The position numbers and the translations under genes are program-made. DNA of 64,000 bases. It comes from Phoronis australis (Eukaryota > Animalia > Phoronida). Shown here in pieces: positions 1 to 13,269 of this stretch; the first letter of the stretch is position 1, and each line of letters starts with the position of its first letter. The stretch covers positions 484,458 through 548,457 of the forward strand of contig NMRA01000292.1 of the NCBI GenBank assembly GCA_002633005.1, read 5' to 3'. The notes below the pieces were generated by a model. It ran no database searches and was not told the origin of the DNA. It saw nothing but the letters and a program-made list of their open reading frames with translations.

Positions 1-571
1 TAGCATTTTTAGTTAGATATTGTATGTAGGCCAAGTGGTTTGTTTGTATTGTTTGTATTTGTGAACATGCTGAGAATTAAAAAAAAACACTTTCTTGGCT
101 GTAGTTGCACTCTTCTTCAAGATGGTGGCGCCCTGTTGCAGTTGTGCATTGCTGTGTAGCAACTGAGAAATTGGCCGCGATTTCAGGTAGCCCTCAAACA
201 AGCCACATTTGCAAAAAAAAACTAGTTAGTTGACAGTACTTTTGGACCACATTTTTGGAATCGGTAGGAAATTTGCTTTCGGAATCTAATGTTGACTTTA
301 GTCGAGCATCGGCAGGGAAGTGGTGGTTTTGGGGTGAAAAGTGCCGATTTTGCATTGTTGTCCTTATTTTTCTTAGTCTAGCTTGGTTTCCACTGGGAGT
401 GAAAGTGTCAAAAATACAAGAGAGAACAAAGTTTCTGTGCTCATCTGTAGGGCTTGTGATGTGAAATGACTCAAAACTTTTCTTTATTTGCATGTAGTTT
501 TTGACAGAGTGAAGAAAGGGTGAAGAGTGCATTGACGTGTGTTCTGATAGGCAAATCCCTGTGAGAACTGT
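1..571 (-). repeat. Dispersed repeat family A, copy 1 (related copies at ~33512-33735 and ~44015-44380, both +)
   Basis: Reverse complement starts ACAGTTCTCACAGGGATTTGCC and shares blocks such as CAGATGAGCACAGAAACTTT...TTTCACTCC with 33512-33735 and GAGGGCTACCT(G/A)AAATC...ATTTCTCAGT with ~44320-44350. Probably a non-autonomous TE. Confidence 0.7.
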
Positions 572-782
572 TCAGTGCCTCCTATCCAAGCTGTAAGTCT
601 CGACACTCGTTGGGTGACAGTCCTGTCGGTCGAACCTCGAACTAACACACACTGTACTGAGACAGTGTACTTGCTGGTAACAATCCCTCGTGACGCAACA
701 CTTGCATGCAGTATCTTCTACCCACGATTCCTCTTGCATTCTCTCGTGACGTAACACTTGCAACCAGTATCTTGCTACCCAC

Positions 783-1536
783 AATGCAAGTGACAAGCTC
801 TTAGTTAACTCCCTGTTCGTAAACCCTTGCCCTTGCCAAGATCCGCTTTAGAATCTACCACGAGATGGCGCTGTTGTACAATTTCTTTTCTACACTGCAA
901 GTCTTCCGCTTCAAGTATTAAATCCCAACTGGGAATTTTCTAGACTTCTGCCCAAATTATAATGATGTAGTTACTTAACGATTGCCTAATAAAAACCACA
1001 TGATCATATCTAATCATATCGTTGGCTGTTACGATCTGATCTCAGAAGTTTCTAGAATCTTTAGAGTGCATTGACCCCAGAACTAAAGTGGTAAACATCT
1101 TCTAAAAACAGATGTTGACGTCAAAAATACATTTAAACAAGTTTGACCTCACGGTTTTAATGCAAGTGACAAGCTCTTAGTTAACTCCCTGTTCGTTAAC
1201 CCTTGCCCTTGCCAAGATCCGCTTTAGAATCTACCACGGGATGGCGCTGTTGTACAATTTCTTTTCTACACTGCAAGTCTTCCGCTTCAAGTATTAAATC
1301 CCTTCTGGGTATTTTCTAGACTTCTACCCAAATTATAATGATGTAGTTACTGAACGATTGGCTAATAAAAACCAAATAATCATATCTAATCATATCGTTG
1401 GCTGTTACGATCTGATCTCAGAAGTTTCTAGAATCTTTAGAGTGCATTAACCCCAGAACTAAAGTGGTAAACATCTTCTAAAAATAGATGTTGACGTCAA
1501 AAATACATTTAAACAAGTTTGACCCCACGGTTTTAA
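783..1536 (+). repeat. Tandem duplication, 2 x 376 bp
   Basis: AATGCAAGTGACAAGCTCTTAG... begins at 783 and again at 1159; the copies differ only by scattered substitutions. Confidence 0.95.
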
Positions 1537-1761
1537 AAGTATACGCGCACAAATTTTGGGCAACTTAAAAGGAACTTTCTGCACCAATTACTTATTGAAT
1601 ATTTATTCTGACAAAGTAAAAGTAACAGTGCTCGATGAAAAGTGCGATTATCACGCTACCAATACCTTTTCTTGTACATAAAAAGCCACATCGATATTTG
1701 ATTTACTTCACAAGCAAATCCGACCAAAATGAGTGTTGTAACTGCGGCAGCAGAGTGCAAT

Positions 1762-3724
1762 AGCGGAGTTGCAACCGAATCGATTTAACGATTGCGCATG
1801 TCCGGAAATTAGGGTGCGCAAAGGCTACTGGGATTGTTGATGGTAAACGGGATGGCCGACTGGTTTGCACGACGTGTAATTTGTGTGCATTAAACTACGC
1901 TGCTGTATGTAATTCTGCCGCTATTCGCCCTAATTAGCGCCCATGGCTCAACAAGTGCCCCAACGCGTTTTCAGACTTTGCTAAAGTAAGCGCCCAGCCC
2001 ATGAACTACATGCGAAAAATGCCCTTACCTACAGTTCTAACGTCTCCAATTTATCAATTGAAAGATCCGACAGCCTGAATTTGTAACGGACCACGAGCCT
2101 CACCGTTATGTCCGTATACACTTCAAACTTACGCCGCGATTCAAAAAGAACGCAGAAGTTTTGCTGCTCTTGCGAGGGATGTGCCCCACTACGCGGGTCT
2201 GGACTTTGAAAACAGACACAGCGTACTTGTCAAAGAGCGGGATTGCATTGTTTCTTTCCAGTACAGATCTTCTCCGGCCTCAAACTTCTTTGTGCATGTG
2301 AAAACCGTGAATCGAAGACTAAAAAAAAAAACTCGACCAGTGTTAGCACGCGACCAAGAAGCGCGCGCTGCATAATGTACCGACTGTCATCGAAGATTAA
2401 TCGGGTAACATAGCATCGGCAAATAAATATTGGCACTAATTTCCGAAAGTTTCCAATACCGTAAAAAGCTTCTGCATTATTTTTAAGAGAAATTATTTAA
2501 CTAATCATAATTGGTGTTTTTAAGGTCAAAATGACCCACTTCGCACCCTTACACCCCAAATCTTCCGGGAAATAGCTGTTACACTACGGTCACGCATCCA
2601 CTCACCCGGCGACTCAATGAGTGACATGTCGGTCTTACCGAAAAAATTCTCGAACGTTTTTAGCAGATGAGGCCAGCAAGTGCTAAGCCGTAAATATTAA
2701 AACACGCTCTGCTTGACTGCTTGACTTATTTTTTTTTTGGATACAATGCACACCTAGATCATTACATTACTCTGGCAAATGAACTCTGACAAGCACACGC
2801 ACGCTTACTCTCACACACACGCATACAAACTTCAAAACAAACGTCACGTGACAACAACATGTGTTCCCACAGAGATTTTTCTCGGGTTGCGTGCTACAAT
2901 CTAGCGTAGATTTGGACTTAATCTGCAGTTAATCCAGACTTCACAAGAACTTAAAAATCTTAGAGACGCTATTTGGAAAACTTGAGGAGGATTTCAGGTA
3001 ATTTGTTGAGTCAAAGCTGTATTCTTATTTAAGAATTCAAGCCCTATCGACGATTGCGAGACCAGCAGCTACGCATTTGTCGGCAAGATTTCGCCCTGGA
3101 ACTTCAACAAAATTTTATGAAAAATGATCGTAATTTAACAACGAATTTTGATAGCAATGTACCACAATTTTGTAGAAAGTAAATAATAATAATCTGCACG
3201 CTTTATCTTAGCGCGTAATGCATATAGTGTGCATACGTTAAGTGAGTCGACCCAGAACAGGTGATTGTGCAGAGGCATTATCCTCAAAATTGCTCATGTT
3301 GGCTTGGTTCTGGTCAAGCGAAAAAAATTTTTTTTTTCACTACCAACCGCCGTGGAGTATTTGTTACTGTTTCTTTGAAGGGAGATATTGTTGGGCAGTT
3401 TCTAAGATACGTTTTCTTGCCGCCCTCAAAATGAGCGCTGCACACTTTATGCTACGAAGTCGGAAAGAATTCACGAAGTCGGCCTTTGCTACCAGCTCTA
3501 CCGATGTCTCTGACCCATGTTTAACGCAGTTCTTGATCCTTGGGAAACAGGTAGTAACTAAATTTTTTATTTCGCTAACTGGTATTATAGCATGCCAGGC
3601 ACACAACACGTATAACCTCCCTGTGGCCGGTTCGCCCCCACGCTTGCCGACGTACTTGTTTACCGGCTTAACCACAATGCAACATTCTGACCCATTTCCA
3701 ATATGGCGGCGTTGCAACTCCGCT
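1762..3724. mobile_element. Non-autonomous DNA transposon with 14-bp TIRs and AT flanks (ISL2EU-like termini)
   Basis: AAT|AGCGGAGTTGCAAC (1759-1775) is the exact reverse complement of GTTGCAACTCCGCT|ATT (3711-3727). No recognisable internal transposase. Family assignment inferred from the termini. Confidence 0.6.
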
Positions 3725-4129
3725 ATTATCCACACTTTATAGTAGCACGTAATATTCTCGCCACAGTGAGTGGTAATAGAAATATTTATGGTTTACATTG
3801 CTGGGTCAGGGATTGCTGCCGTACCGTACTACACGTACGCACAGCGCATGTGAGTGAGCCAGACCCATAGGCATGGCAACTCAGCAATAGGAGTGGAGGT
3901 CAATTCTGACCGAGAGCCAGAAACAGACGAGCTGACTCAATAATTTCGTATTAATCATTGTCAGAAGTCGAATCTCTCGTTGATTACCGGAGACACTTTA
4001 TTTCCAATCTCGGTAGTCAAGGTGCTTAAATGACAAAGATTTACTTAATTAAGAAAAGGAAAATTAGTTTTCAATTTGTAAGTGTCGGCTATGAAGGCAC
4101 ATTAGTGCCAGGTAAGCATGAAATATGAA

Positions 4130-4500
4130 TCTGTGAATTGTAAATCTGTAATTACGGATTGCCAAACTGTAATTACAGATTGCCAATCGATTGGCTACGA
4201 CCAATATACACCCATAAGCTCCCTCATTCTTTCTGACAACTAAGACGCACAGTCGAATGTGTGTAATGGGTTGTCAATCCGTAATTTCAAATTGGCAATC
4301 CGTATAAACAGAATGCCAATCAGTAATAGCAAACTGGCAACCCGCATTGACAGATTGACAGTCTGTCATAACAGATCGGCAATTCGTAATAACAGATTGG
4401 CAATCGTAATTACAGATTGCCAATCCCCAATAACAGATTGACAATCCGTAAAAACAGATTGGCAATTCGTATTGCCAGATTGGCATTTAGTAATTACAGA
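4130..4500 (+). repeat. Degenerate ~21-bp minisatellite (ACAGATTGGCAATCCGTAATA-like)
   Basis: Recurrent (A)CAGATTG(G/C)CAATC(C)GTAAT units; these explain the spurious periodic ORFs 4259-4441 and 4274-4486. Confidence 0.85.
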
Positions 4501-4539
4501 TACAATTTTTTCGTGGTACTAATGGGCCTTCGCACTATT

Positions 4540-5772
4540 ACTGTCTTTTCCAGAACAAATGATAATGCTGAAAATTATCTCTCAGTAAGCAGTACTCTAA
4601 TAACTTGTTCGAGATATGTCAAACTTCTTGGTGTCTCTGTAGATGAAGGGTTGATTAAACTTCAGTGAACATGTTAATCACATTTGCAAAAAGTTAAAGC
4701 CTGTGTTCTACTCGGTCTTCGTCATCATCTAGGTGAATCGTCTATGCTTATAACTGTTAATGCATATATCAAGTCTTACTTTTACCACTGTCCATTGGAT
4801 TATATCAATTGTGTAAAAAGCTTATTGAGAAGGCGCAGTGCCGCGCATTACGTTTAGTGTATGACAATTCATCTTCTTAACAATTCCTATTAAACCTGGC
4901 CAAATGTGTACCTTTTGTTTTCAGGCACGTCAACAGTCTTGGCCCACGTAGAAAAGTCTTTCGATCTTAAAGTTTACAATTATGACCTGCGAATTCTGAC
5001 TCTCATCTTTCAGGATACCTGATATCGTCACTAAAATATATGGTTAGAACTTTGCACTATCTAGGAGTAAAACTGTCGAGTAATTTGTCAAACCACCGAG
5101 GGCGTCTTTGTGTGGGAGTCGGGGTGCATGTTGTCGTTATCTCTGTCTGTGCGTCCGACGTCCGGTGTCTGCTGCTGTATCTCCCAAACCTCTTGCAGGA
5201 TCTTATGAGATTTGGCGGTTGTGTTCCTATGAAAGTGACGAGAGATGACAACGTGTTCCGGATCGTTCCCAGCAACTGCCAATGTGCCCCTGAGTGGCAA
5301 TTTTAGTGTTTTACGATTGCCATTTTATCTTTGGTGTTCCTTGATGATTGTTCATGAAATTTGGCAAATAGATTTCTATTACGGAGAAGGCGATGTCTTT
5401 CCATTTTCGGACGGATTTGACGTATTGCGCAAAATACAGTAGCTATTTTTACTATCCCAACTCCGTTTTTGTCGTCTGCCTCTTCTTCTGCCAAACCGCT
5501 CAAGAGGTCATTATGAACCTTAGGAGATGTGTTCCTAATGAGAAGACCATGACCGACGTTGATTTTCGTGCGGGTCTGACAATTGCCGCGCCCTCTTGCA
5601 GGATCTTTGTGAAATCGATGTTGCAATTGTTAAGTTTGTAACTTTTTATAAATGTTTCTAAACTGTTTAGCTAGTCAGTAACTAGCACATATGCTAACGC
5701 TTTATCATTTGTATCTTGATTTGACTTTGAATAAAGTTTTAATATTACTATTTCTACTACTATTACTACTAT
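4540..5772 (+). mobile_element. Decayed 3' end of a CR1/L2-type LINE, interrupted by a ~0.5-kb insertion (~5095-5620)
   Basis: Frameshifted peptides VKLLGVSVDEGL / EHVNHICKK / KLIEKAQCRALRLVY / TLHYLGVKLSSNL match the region downstream of the RT core in CR1/L2 ORF2. AATAAA at 5730-5735 is followed by a (TAC/TAT)n tail. Confidence 0.75.
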
Positions 5773-6409
5773 GTCTAAAACGAAGACTACTAGACACGTA
5801 TTTACAAATACGCTCCACAAGGTTGCTAAACCGTGGAACACAATTTTGGCCCAAATACTGCAAATTAAAATTGTTTTTGTGGTAATTGCAATGCCTGAAT
5901 GAAGCAAAATACAGTACCAGTTCCTAACCAAAACAGAAAAAGTCATTTAGTGAAGGAAGTCGGCAGAAAATGCAAAAATGTCAACATTTTCTGCCCACAA
6001 CCCTCTGTCTCGACGCCATTTTGTCGCTGAGTTATACTGTCGTAAGTTGATGTCGTAATTTGAGAAAAGACGTCAACAGTTAACCTAATGACCTAGTTTG
6101 TACTTGAATACCATTGGATGATTTAGAAACAATAGGCCAATCCTTGAGATCTTAATCTGAAGGAACCGGAAACTGAGGTGGTCTTTTTATCGACAAATTT
6201 CTTTAATTTTGGGTTGCTAATTCTTGTGCAGGAAATGTGAAACGAAGACAATATAATAATGCAAAACACCACACTAAAACATCCAGCTGCATGCGATTTC
6301 AATAGTTATTAGGGCTTTGGGTTGATGGGCTCAGCAGGTGCTACCCATCGAAAACAAAGAGATCAGAGGGTGGGATGTCAGAGCCAGTAGATATGGGGAT
6401 CTGATACAC

Positions 6410-6990
6410 CGTAAAATGTAACAGTTTCGTAAAATGTAATATTTGTTACATCATTGTTACATTTTACGTTGCTAAGTGTCTCCTAAAATGTAACGTAGAA
6501 AATATATCTGAAACTAAATAAGGCGATCCAGATCCTCCCAAGGATACTATTGTTTCGTGAAATGAAGAATATAAATCGGTAAATAAAACAACAAGAATGG
6601 ATCAACTGAAATTTGAAATTTTCGGAGGTAACAACTTCCTTTATCAACAAAAACAGAAATAAAGTAAAATCAAACACAAAATGACAATTGACATATAAGA
6701 TATGGTGTAATGAAAATGATACATTTTTGCGTAAAAAATTCAATGACATATTTTAAGTTTTTATGTTCAATCCATGAGGTTCTATTGTATTCAGTTTGTC
6801 TATCCAATATTGTTCTCTTTTAAGTCTGTGAGGGGTACTGGGGTGTTGGAGTTTTTCTATTATTTGTACAGAAAGATCTTGAATATTATGGTTTTTGGAA
6901 TTGAAAATTGTTACGTTTTACGTAGTTGTTACATTTCACGTCGAATGCACATGCGAGAAATGTGCCATTGTTATATTTTACGAAACCAAC
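6410..6990 (+). repeat. GTAAAATGTAAC-rich repeat; inverted partner at ~9400-9550
   Basis: Many GTAAAATGTAAC/GTTACATTTTAC motifs. 6455-6495 and 6905-6985 align in reverse complement with ~9490-9550 and ~9400-9460. Confidence 0.7.
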
Positions 6991-7328
6991 GTCATGTTGC
7001 AAAGAAAATGACCAAAATCACGAACAAGGGGTAATGGAATATTTTTGGACGAGGGATGCCCCCCGAAAATTTTGAATACCTACCTGTTTAGAAAGTGGGC
7101 TCGTACAAAAAACCTACCCATTTAGAGACTAATTTGTGTAAAAATTCACATTTTCGCAGTCCTGTTCTAGAAATTCAGGAAAGGCACCTTTCAGATATAA
7201 TTTTGTCGAAAATGGCACCATTTTGGAGAGTATTTTTCTGTGAAAAAACACCCTTTGGGGAGGCACTTTTCATAAACCTCTTCTATAGGAATGCCATCCG
7301 GGCTTACACGACATAAATTTGGCTACTT

Positions 7329-7460
7329 ATTATCATTATTATTAGTATTACCACTGTTACTACTATTACTATTATTATTGCTATTACTACCCTGACTACT
7401 ATTACTGCTATTACTGTCACTAATATTACTCGTTTTCGCTGTCGTTATTATTATTATAAT
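7329..7460 (+). repeat. (TAT/TAC)n imperfect microsatellite
   Basis: Run of ATT/ACT triplets directly visible. Confidence 0.9.
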
Positions 7461-9610
7461 TTTTAAATTTATTTCAGGAGGACACAATACATGTTTAGCA
7501 AAGTGCTAATACATCATGGTCCTCAAAGATTTTAAAATCATCTCATTTATGGTTCAATGTTTTCATCGGGCTTTCTCCATAGTGGACAGCGAGTGCAGTT
7601 CCAAAAGAATTTTAAATGGGTTCCTATGTTCAGCCTTAACGATATTTTGAGGAACGTCTTGACAGCTGTGGTTACAGAGTAGGTCTGCTTTTTGGAAACG
7701 AGGGGCTTGAGATTTAAAATCTTGTTTTGACGTGCACCAACTTCAAAAATTGATTATTTCTGAACTATCGGAAAGGATTGTATTGTTTGTAAACATAATT
7801 ATATCCACCCGTAGTTTGCCACGAAAAACGGAATTCAGGCCGCACTATTTTACTCGCGACTTTCCTCTAATCGTGAGAATACTCACCGTGTAATCATTTT
7901 TATCTCTTGTTGAAAACATTCCTTTTCCAAGAACTGGGGATTATTCCCAGATGATGTGGAAGTTCAAAAATTGCGTTAAGTTGAACGCTGGAGGCAGACA
8001 TTTTTCGAGAACTAACCACTAATTGGCTGCGGTCATTAGGTCGTTAGAGCTTGTAAGGGAATATAAAACACGCAACGATTTTATGTGGAACGTTCCCCAA
8101 TATTCGTAAAAAAACACAGTGATTTGACACAATGATTTGAACTAGGTTTCTTTGAGAGTGGATTGTATGCCGAGAACAAAAACGGCCAAAGTCGAAGTCA
8201 GCGATGTTTAATATGTCATTCTTTTAATGCAATGTATCAAAAGGGTTAATATACCAAATTCTCTTATCTGCGAGCTACAACACAAAAAATGGCGACTCAT
8301 GAGACGTGACTTCACGTCTATTAACAATAGAATGTCCAATCTTTGTCTTTATTTATATGTACTTCGAACTAACGAACATTGACCAGATTAAATAGCAATT
8401 TTAATAGAAAGAGAAAGTGCGTGCTTTTGTAGTCCGAAAGGCCGACAGTCAGATTTTTTGGACTATTGCCCTTTAAACTATAGACTTAGACCAGGTTTGA
8501 GCAAAATGATCATTTCATTTCAGAGTGCAAATTATTTTCTATTTCCCCAGCTAGGCATCCCATTTTCACGTATACTAGGGCCTATACGCGTCACGGTTTG
8601 ATCTGTTGTTACTACCACTATTTCAGACAGGTTTGACATCAAATGAACAATGATATTTCTCTCATCTTTTAAGTTGCGTGAAACAAGCTACTATGCCGCC
8701 ACTTTTTTAAACTACTGACTCCCCTTCTCAATAGCGATATTTTGCTGTTGATTTGGCAAAATCTGTCAACCTGCCGGCAAATAAATGCGTGCTTTTATCT
8801 CCTTCCACTACAATGTTTAAGAAATTGTCATTCGTAAATAAGGTGGTAGACAGAATCCGTTGGCATCAGAAACTTTGGTTTTGCTCCTTTTGTGTGGAGC
8901 AGGGCAATTTCTGCATTAGCGACAATGAAACACTGGCCGAAAGAAAACAAACTATCGTGGACTGAAACGGGTGTTTTTTTATCAAATTGGCTTCCGAAAT
9001 AGATTGATCCATGAATTTTTTTTATTGTCGTTTGTTACCGAAGAAATACGATAAATATTACCCAAATACGATGTTATTGTTGTACTTACCAAGGGAAGTT
9101 TGTTTACTGTAATGCCGGTTTATGACCTGTAAGTGTCAACAAAAGATTGCAAGAACGCTTTAACAAAAAAAATTGTTACCTGATCCTGGAAAATCCTGTT
9201 GAAACTGTACGCTGTACATTTTTGACTATACCACAAAACTACCCAGACATGTTAAAAACATGGAAAGCACATAGGGACATACCAAAAAATTCGACCTGAC
9301 AAATTTTATAGAATTTCATTCACACAATCCGAGAAAGAAAGCGTTAAGTGTGTGAACGGTTTTCCTCCGTTTGTCAAATATCATGCAAACTCATGAAATA
9401 TAACGTCGTTTTCGTAAAATGTAACAATGGTACATGTCTAGCATGTCCATTCGACGTTAATTGTTGCAATCACAGAAAATCTAACAACTTGTTACATTTT
9501 AAGAGAGGCCTAGCAACGTAAAATGTAACAATGACATAAAATGTAACAACTAGCTGACTGGATCCAAAAATACGATGGCCGGTGTCGCGTGAAATTTCTT
9601 CCCGTGAAAT

Positions 9611-12600
9611 GGGGCTATTCGGAAAATCTACAATAACTAGAGGGCGTGCGTGTACTAGTGGTGATAGATTAACAGCCTCGATTTCGCGAGCCCTTTAAAT
9701 ACATGGTGAAATGGCTTGCAGCCGTGCCAACTGAATCTGAGATTGCGTAAAAAGGGTGCTTCTATGAGAGGAAGTAAGCACGACCTCATACAAAGGTAAG
9801 GTTTGTGATTATTTTAACGATTATTCCATGATTATTCTACCGATGCCTGTTAACTGAGGCACTCGCCGATGTCGACTTCGCGGCAGTCAGTCGCCAGCCA
9901 GAGTCTGGTTAATCTTTGTATGTTGTGATATGTGATACGATACTTGACGTAGCAATCGGGATCTTTTCGTACATCAAAGCATTATTATTGTTTGGAATGA
10001 TTTCTAAAAGTTTATCAGTGACAGTTACATCAATCAATGCTGAATGTTTATGCTGTCAACTCGATACAGGTTAATGAGTTAAGATTACAATCCAATCCCA
10101 ATGGCAAAGGGTACGTGAGTGATAAATATCCATTGCATTAGACTATTTGTTTACTCCCTATCATATGTCTTCTGGAAATCTATTACACGTTGAAATGGAA
10201 ATCTATCACGTCAGTTTTCACGTAACCTTTGGTTTTTAGGTTTGAAGGCTTGTACCGTGCAGAGGAGATATGCATCGCTTCTGCACCGTCCCTGAATGGA
10301 CAAAAATTGGTTTTTAGCATTTGACTGCAGCTAACCAACAAGATCTTCCCATCCAGTGCAGATCTGTTGTCAAAGCCTACTTTCAATATTGGAGACAACG
10401 AACAAAGCCTTTGAAAAGGAACAGCTATTTTTAAAGTCATTTTGTTAAATTACTTATTCAGGTCCCGAGGGGGGATTGGCATGGGGGGTTGTAATATTTG
10501 GTACAACTGAATGTGTGGAAATAACAGGTAATACATGTTTGGGGAAAAGAGCATGGTGAGGTAATTCTTAACCTTCACGAAGTCCCTTCAAGTTGATTTC
10601 ATGAAACTGTTTTGCGACTTGTATCAATTGTAAAACCACGAAAATATATTACATTTTCCGAATTCACAGTGACTGAATAGTCTTAACTCATGCCTTGAAA
10701 TGTTGCAAGTCGTTATAAATTCAAATGACTGCCATTTTTGTGAAAATTGCATTTTTGATGGTGCCTTACGATTTGTAATTACTCTTAAACAACAGAAAGA
10801 TTATCCATCATTTTTAAATGACCCAAGTCTTCATATCTTCTATTAGAAGAAAAACGGTTCCCTCAACCTTAGGCTAGAAGTATGCTTGACAGACCCATGA
10901 ACCTGTAATCTGAGTTTAAAATTGCTGAAAGTATCAAAATTAAAAAGGCTTGAAAATGGGTAACAAAGGTTTGAAGTTGTCTCAAAAAACTTGTATATTT
11001 TACAGACAAGTGATGCGTTTAAAGAATTGTTATGGCTAGGGATAAAAAATAAAGACACAGTTTTATGCAATACTCATTATATACACCCTTGGTTTCTGAA
11101 AATAGTAATTATTTACTTTTATGTGAAACTGTAGACCAATCACCATATATTTTTGAAAAACAGGGATAACATTTTTGATCCAATCTGGAGTACTTAATTA
11201 TTCATATTTCAATATTTGTTCCAGGTTCAGTGACATTTTAAGGCCACTTCAAGCTGTATCATAGACAAGCTTTGTTACTCCGTTCTCTTCCCACAGCACT
11301 TCCACACACCAGCAGTGCTGCATGGCACAATGTGCAAGTCAGTGGCCCTGGAGAAATGTGAATCGCAGTACTAAGTTACCATAAGACAATGTGCCAGTGG
11401 AGTGTCTGTGTATCCAGACGAACTATATCTGACTGCTACACAAATAAGCCTTGTTGGTGAGGATGCCCTTTCATAGGCAATGAGTCATGTGTGGACAATA
11501 GCTTATTTCCTTTCCTGGAAGAAACATGAGGGACTGAAGCTAAAGAAGACCTAGTCACACTCTGGTCTAGTTCAGAGTCTGATTTTGGGCTCAAAACGAT
11601 TCAAGTGATATGCTGCTGTGTTTACCTTCAAGGGTCTAATTGTGGATGTTATTGAGGCTGAATGAGGTTACATGAAAGAAAGCCACGTGTTGAAACTGGA
11701 CCTTTTTTACAAGCGCTTCTATAGGCCATTGAAACTAGAACCCAGTGAAATGAAAGCCAAAAGCTGAGTGACATTAAATTTTCCTTTCAGAAGAAAGGCT
11801 TTATACTATTGGTAAAAACTTTTCAATTTGGTACAGATTATGGGGAAATGACATTCAGTGACTGCATCGATTGTCTTATTGTATGTTTTCAATTGTAGCT
11901 AGCTGGATAAGAATCTGCTATGCACAAGATTCGAGAATAAACAATTATCAGTGTATTTAAAAACAAATGGCAAACTGAAAAAGCACAGAAAGAAACAACA
12001 TTGCGAGGGAGTCCATAATCAGGCATATCAGGTGCTGAATTTCTGAATTACGTTCAATTCTCTCAGGTTATTGCTGAAGGATTGCTTTTCACTTTGTCCA
12101 ACGGTGAAATAGATGGTCAGGCGGTTGGTTTCAGTTGTTTTTTCTTGCCTGTAACAGAATAGAAATATTAGCAAATTGTAAAAGAAAAGACAAGACAAAA
12201 CTACTTTTGTAAGGCAGAACATACTTGACATTTCATCTTCATGTTTATGTGTAGAAACTAATAACCTTTGTACCCAAGTCTTATTTAATATCTGAATTAA
12301 AATATGTGAAACAGGCTAAAAGTGATTTAACAATGTGTATTTTTCATGACACTTAAAATGTGCTTCTGATCTCAACAAGTAAAATTCATTCTAGGTGTCA
12401 ATTTTTTTCCAATGCAATGTTACGACATTTACTGAATTAAGGCTTATTCATGTTAATTCGATAACTGAGCTGGTGGTCCTGGGGGTGGGGTCCACGATAA
12501 AATAAGGAAACTCACTCATCTAGAGAATTTTATTGGAAACAGCATAGTTTTGAAGAGAAACTGCTGTGAAAAAGTCACTCTTGACTTCTGTGCATCACGT

Positions 12601-13129
12601 ACCATACACCTCTTATTTTGGGAGCACTCCCACCCAGGACAATATGAATATGTGCTGCTAGCCTACCCGGCATCGGGTGAGTTTCCAAAAAGAAACACTT
12701 AGTTCCACTCAATAAAACTGTTATTCAGTGGGGTAACTGGTGGGGATAACATCACCGAACGATGTTGATAGAAACTGATTGCTAAAAACTTACCAAGTAA
12801 TGTTGTGTAGTCTCCGAATGGAACTGCATAGTCATAGACATAGAGAGCACACACGGGGCTTCAGCATCCACACACTTTTTGTCAGTTAGTTGACCCTGTT
12901 GACCGCAATTGTCCACGAATATAGTAACCTTAGGTCTTTTGGGAATTTGTGGCCACCTGTCGAAGACTTGCACCAGGGAAATTAGCAGTAATAAGGCTTA
13001 GCGCGACGACGTATTTTGATAAAAATTCCATCTTTTACCAGTTGTTTACATACAGACAGCCACGCATGCGCAATTCAATCACCACTAGTACAGCAGCGAC
13101 ACCACGAGGAGAACTCTCCGAATAGCCCC
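9611..13129. mobile_element. Decayed ISL2EU-like (PIF/Harbinger-related) DNA transposon with two convergent pseudogenes
   Basis: AT|GGGGCTATTCGGA ... TCCGAATAGCCCC|AT termini, plus subterminal IR GTACTAGTGGTGAT/ATCACCACTAGTAC. The + strand has a SAP-like exon (QLNLRLRKKGASMRGSKHDLIQR|gtaag, ~9728-9795). The - strand has THAP exons (~12990-12794 and from 12148 downward). Confidence 0.75.
12090..12995 (-). pseudogene. THAP-domain N-terminus of a transposase (2 exons, stops and frameshifts)
   Basis: YYC*FPWCKSSTGGHKFPKDLRLLYSWTIAVNRVN*LTKSVWMLKPRVCS..GDYTTLLG|gtaag, then acceptor ttacag| GKKKQLKPTA*PSI. This matches the THAP C..C/FP/W/C..H/LK..AVPS pattern. Confidence 0.7.
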
Positions 13130-13269
13130 ATTTGGCCAGGAATTAAAAACGACGGCCTGACTTCCTCAGGGACTCGCTTTGCATGTCTCGAAGCATTTAA
13201 GTGACATCTAGTGTTTATTTTTCATACCCTTTGTTTGTTTTGCTCAAAGTCGGCGATTTGTTCGGCCAT

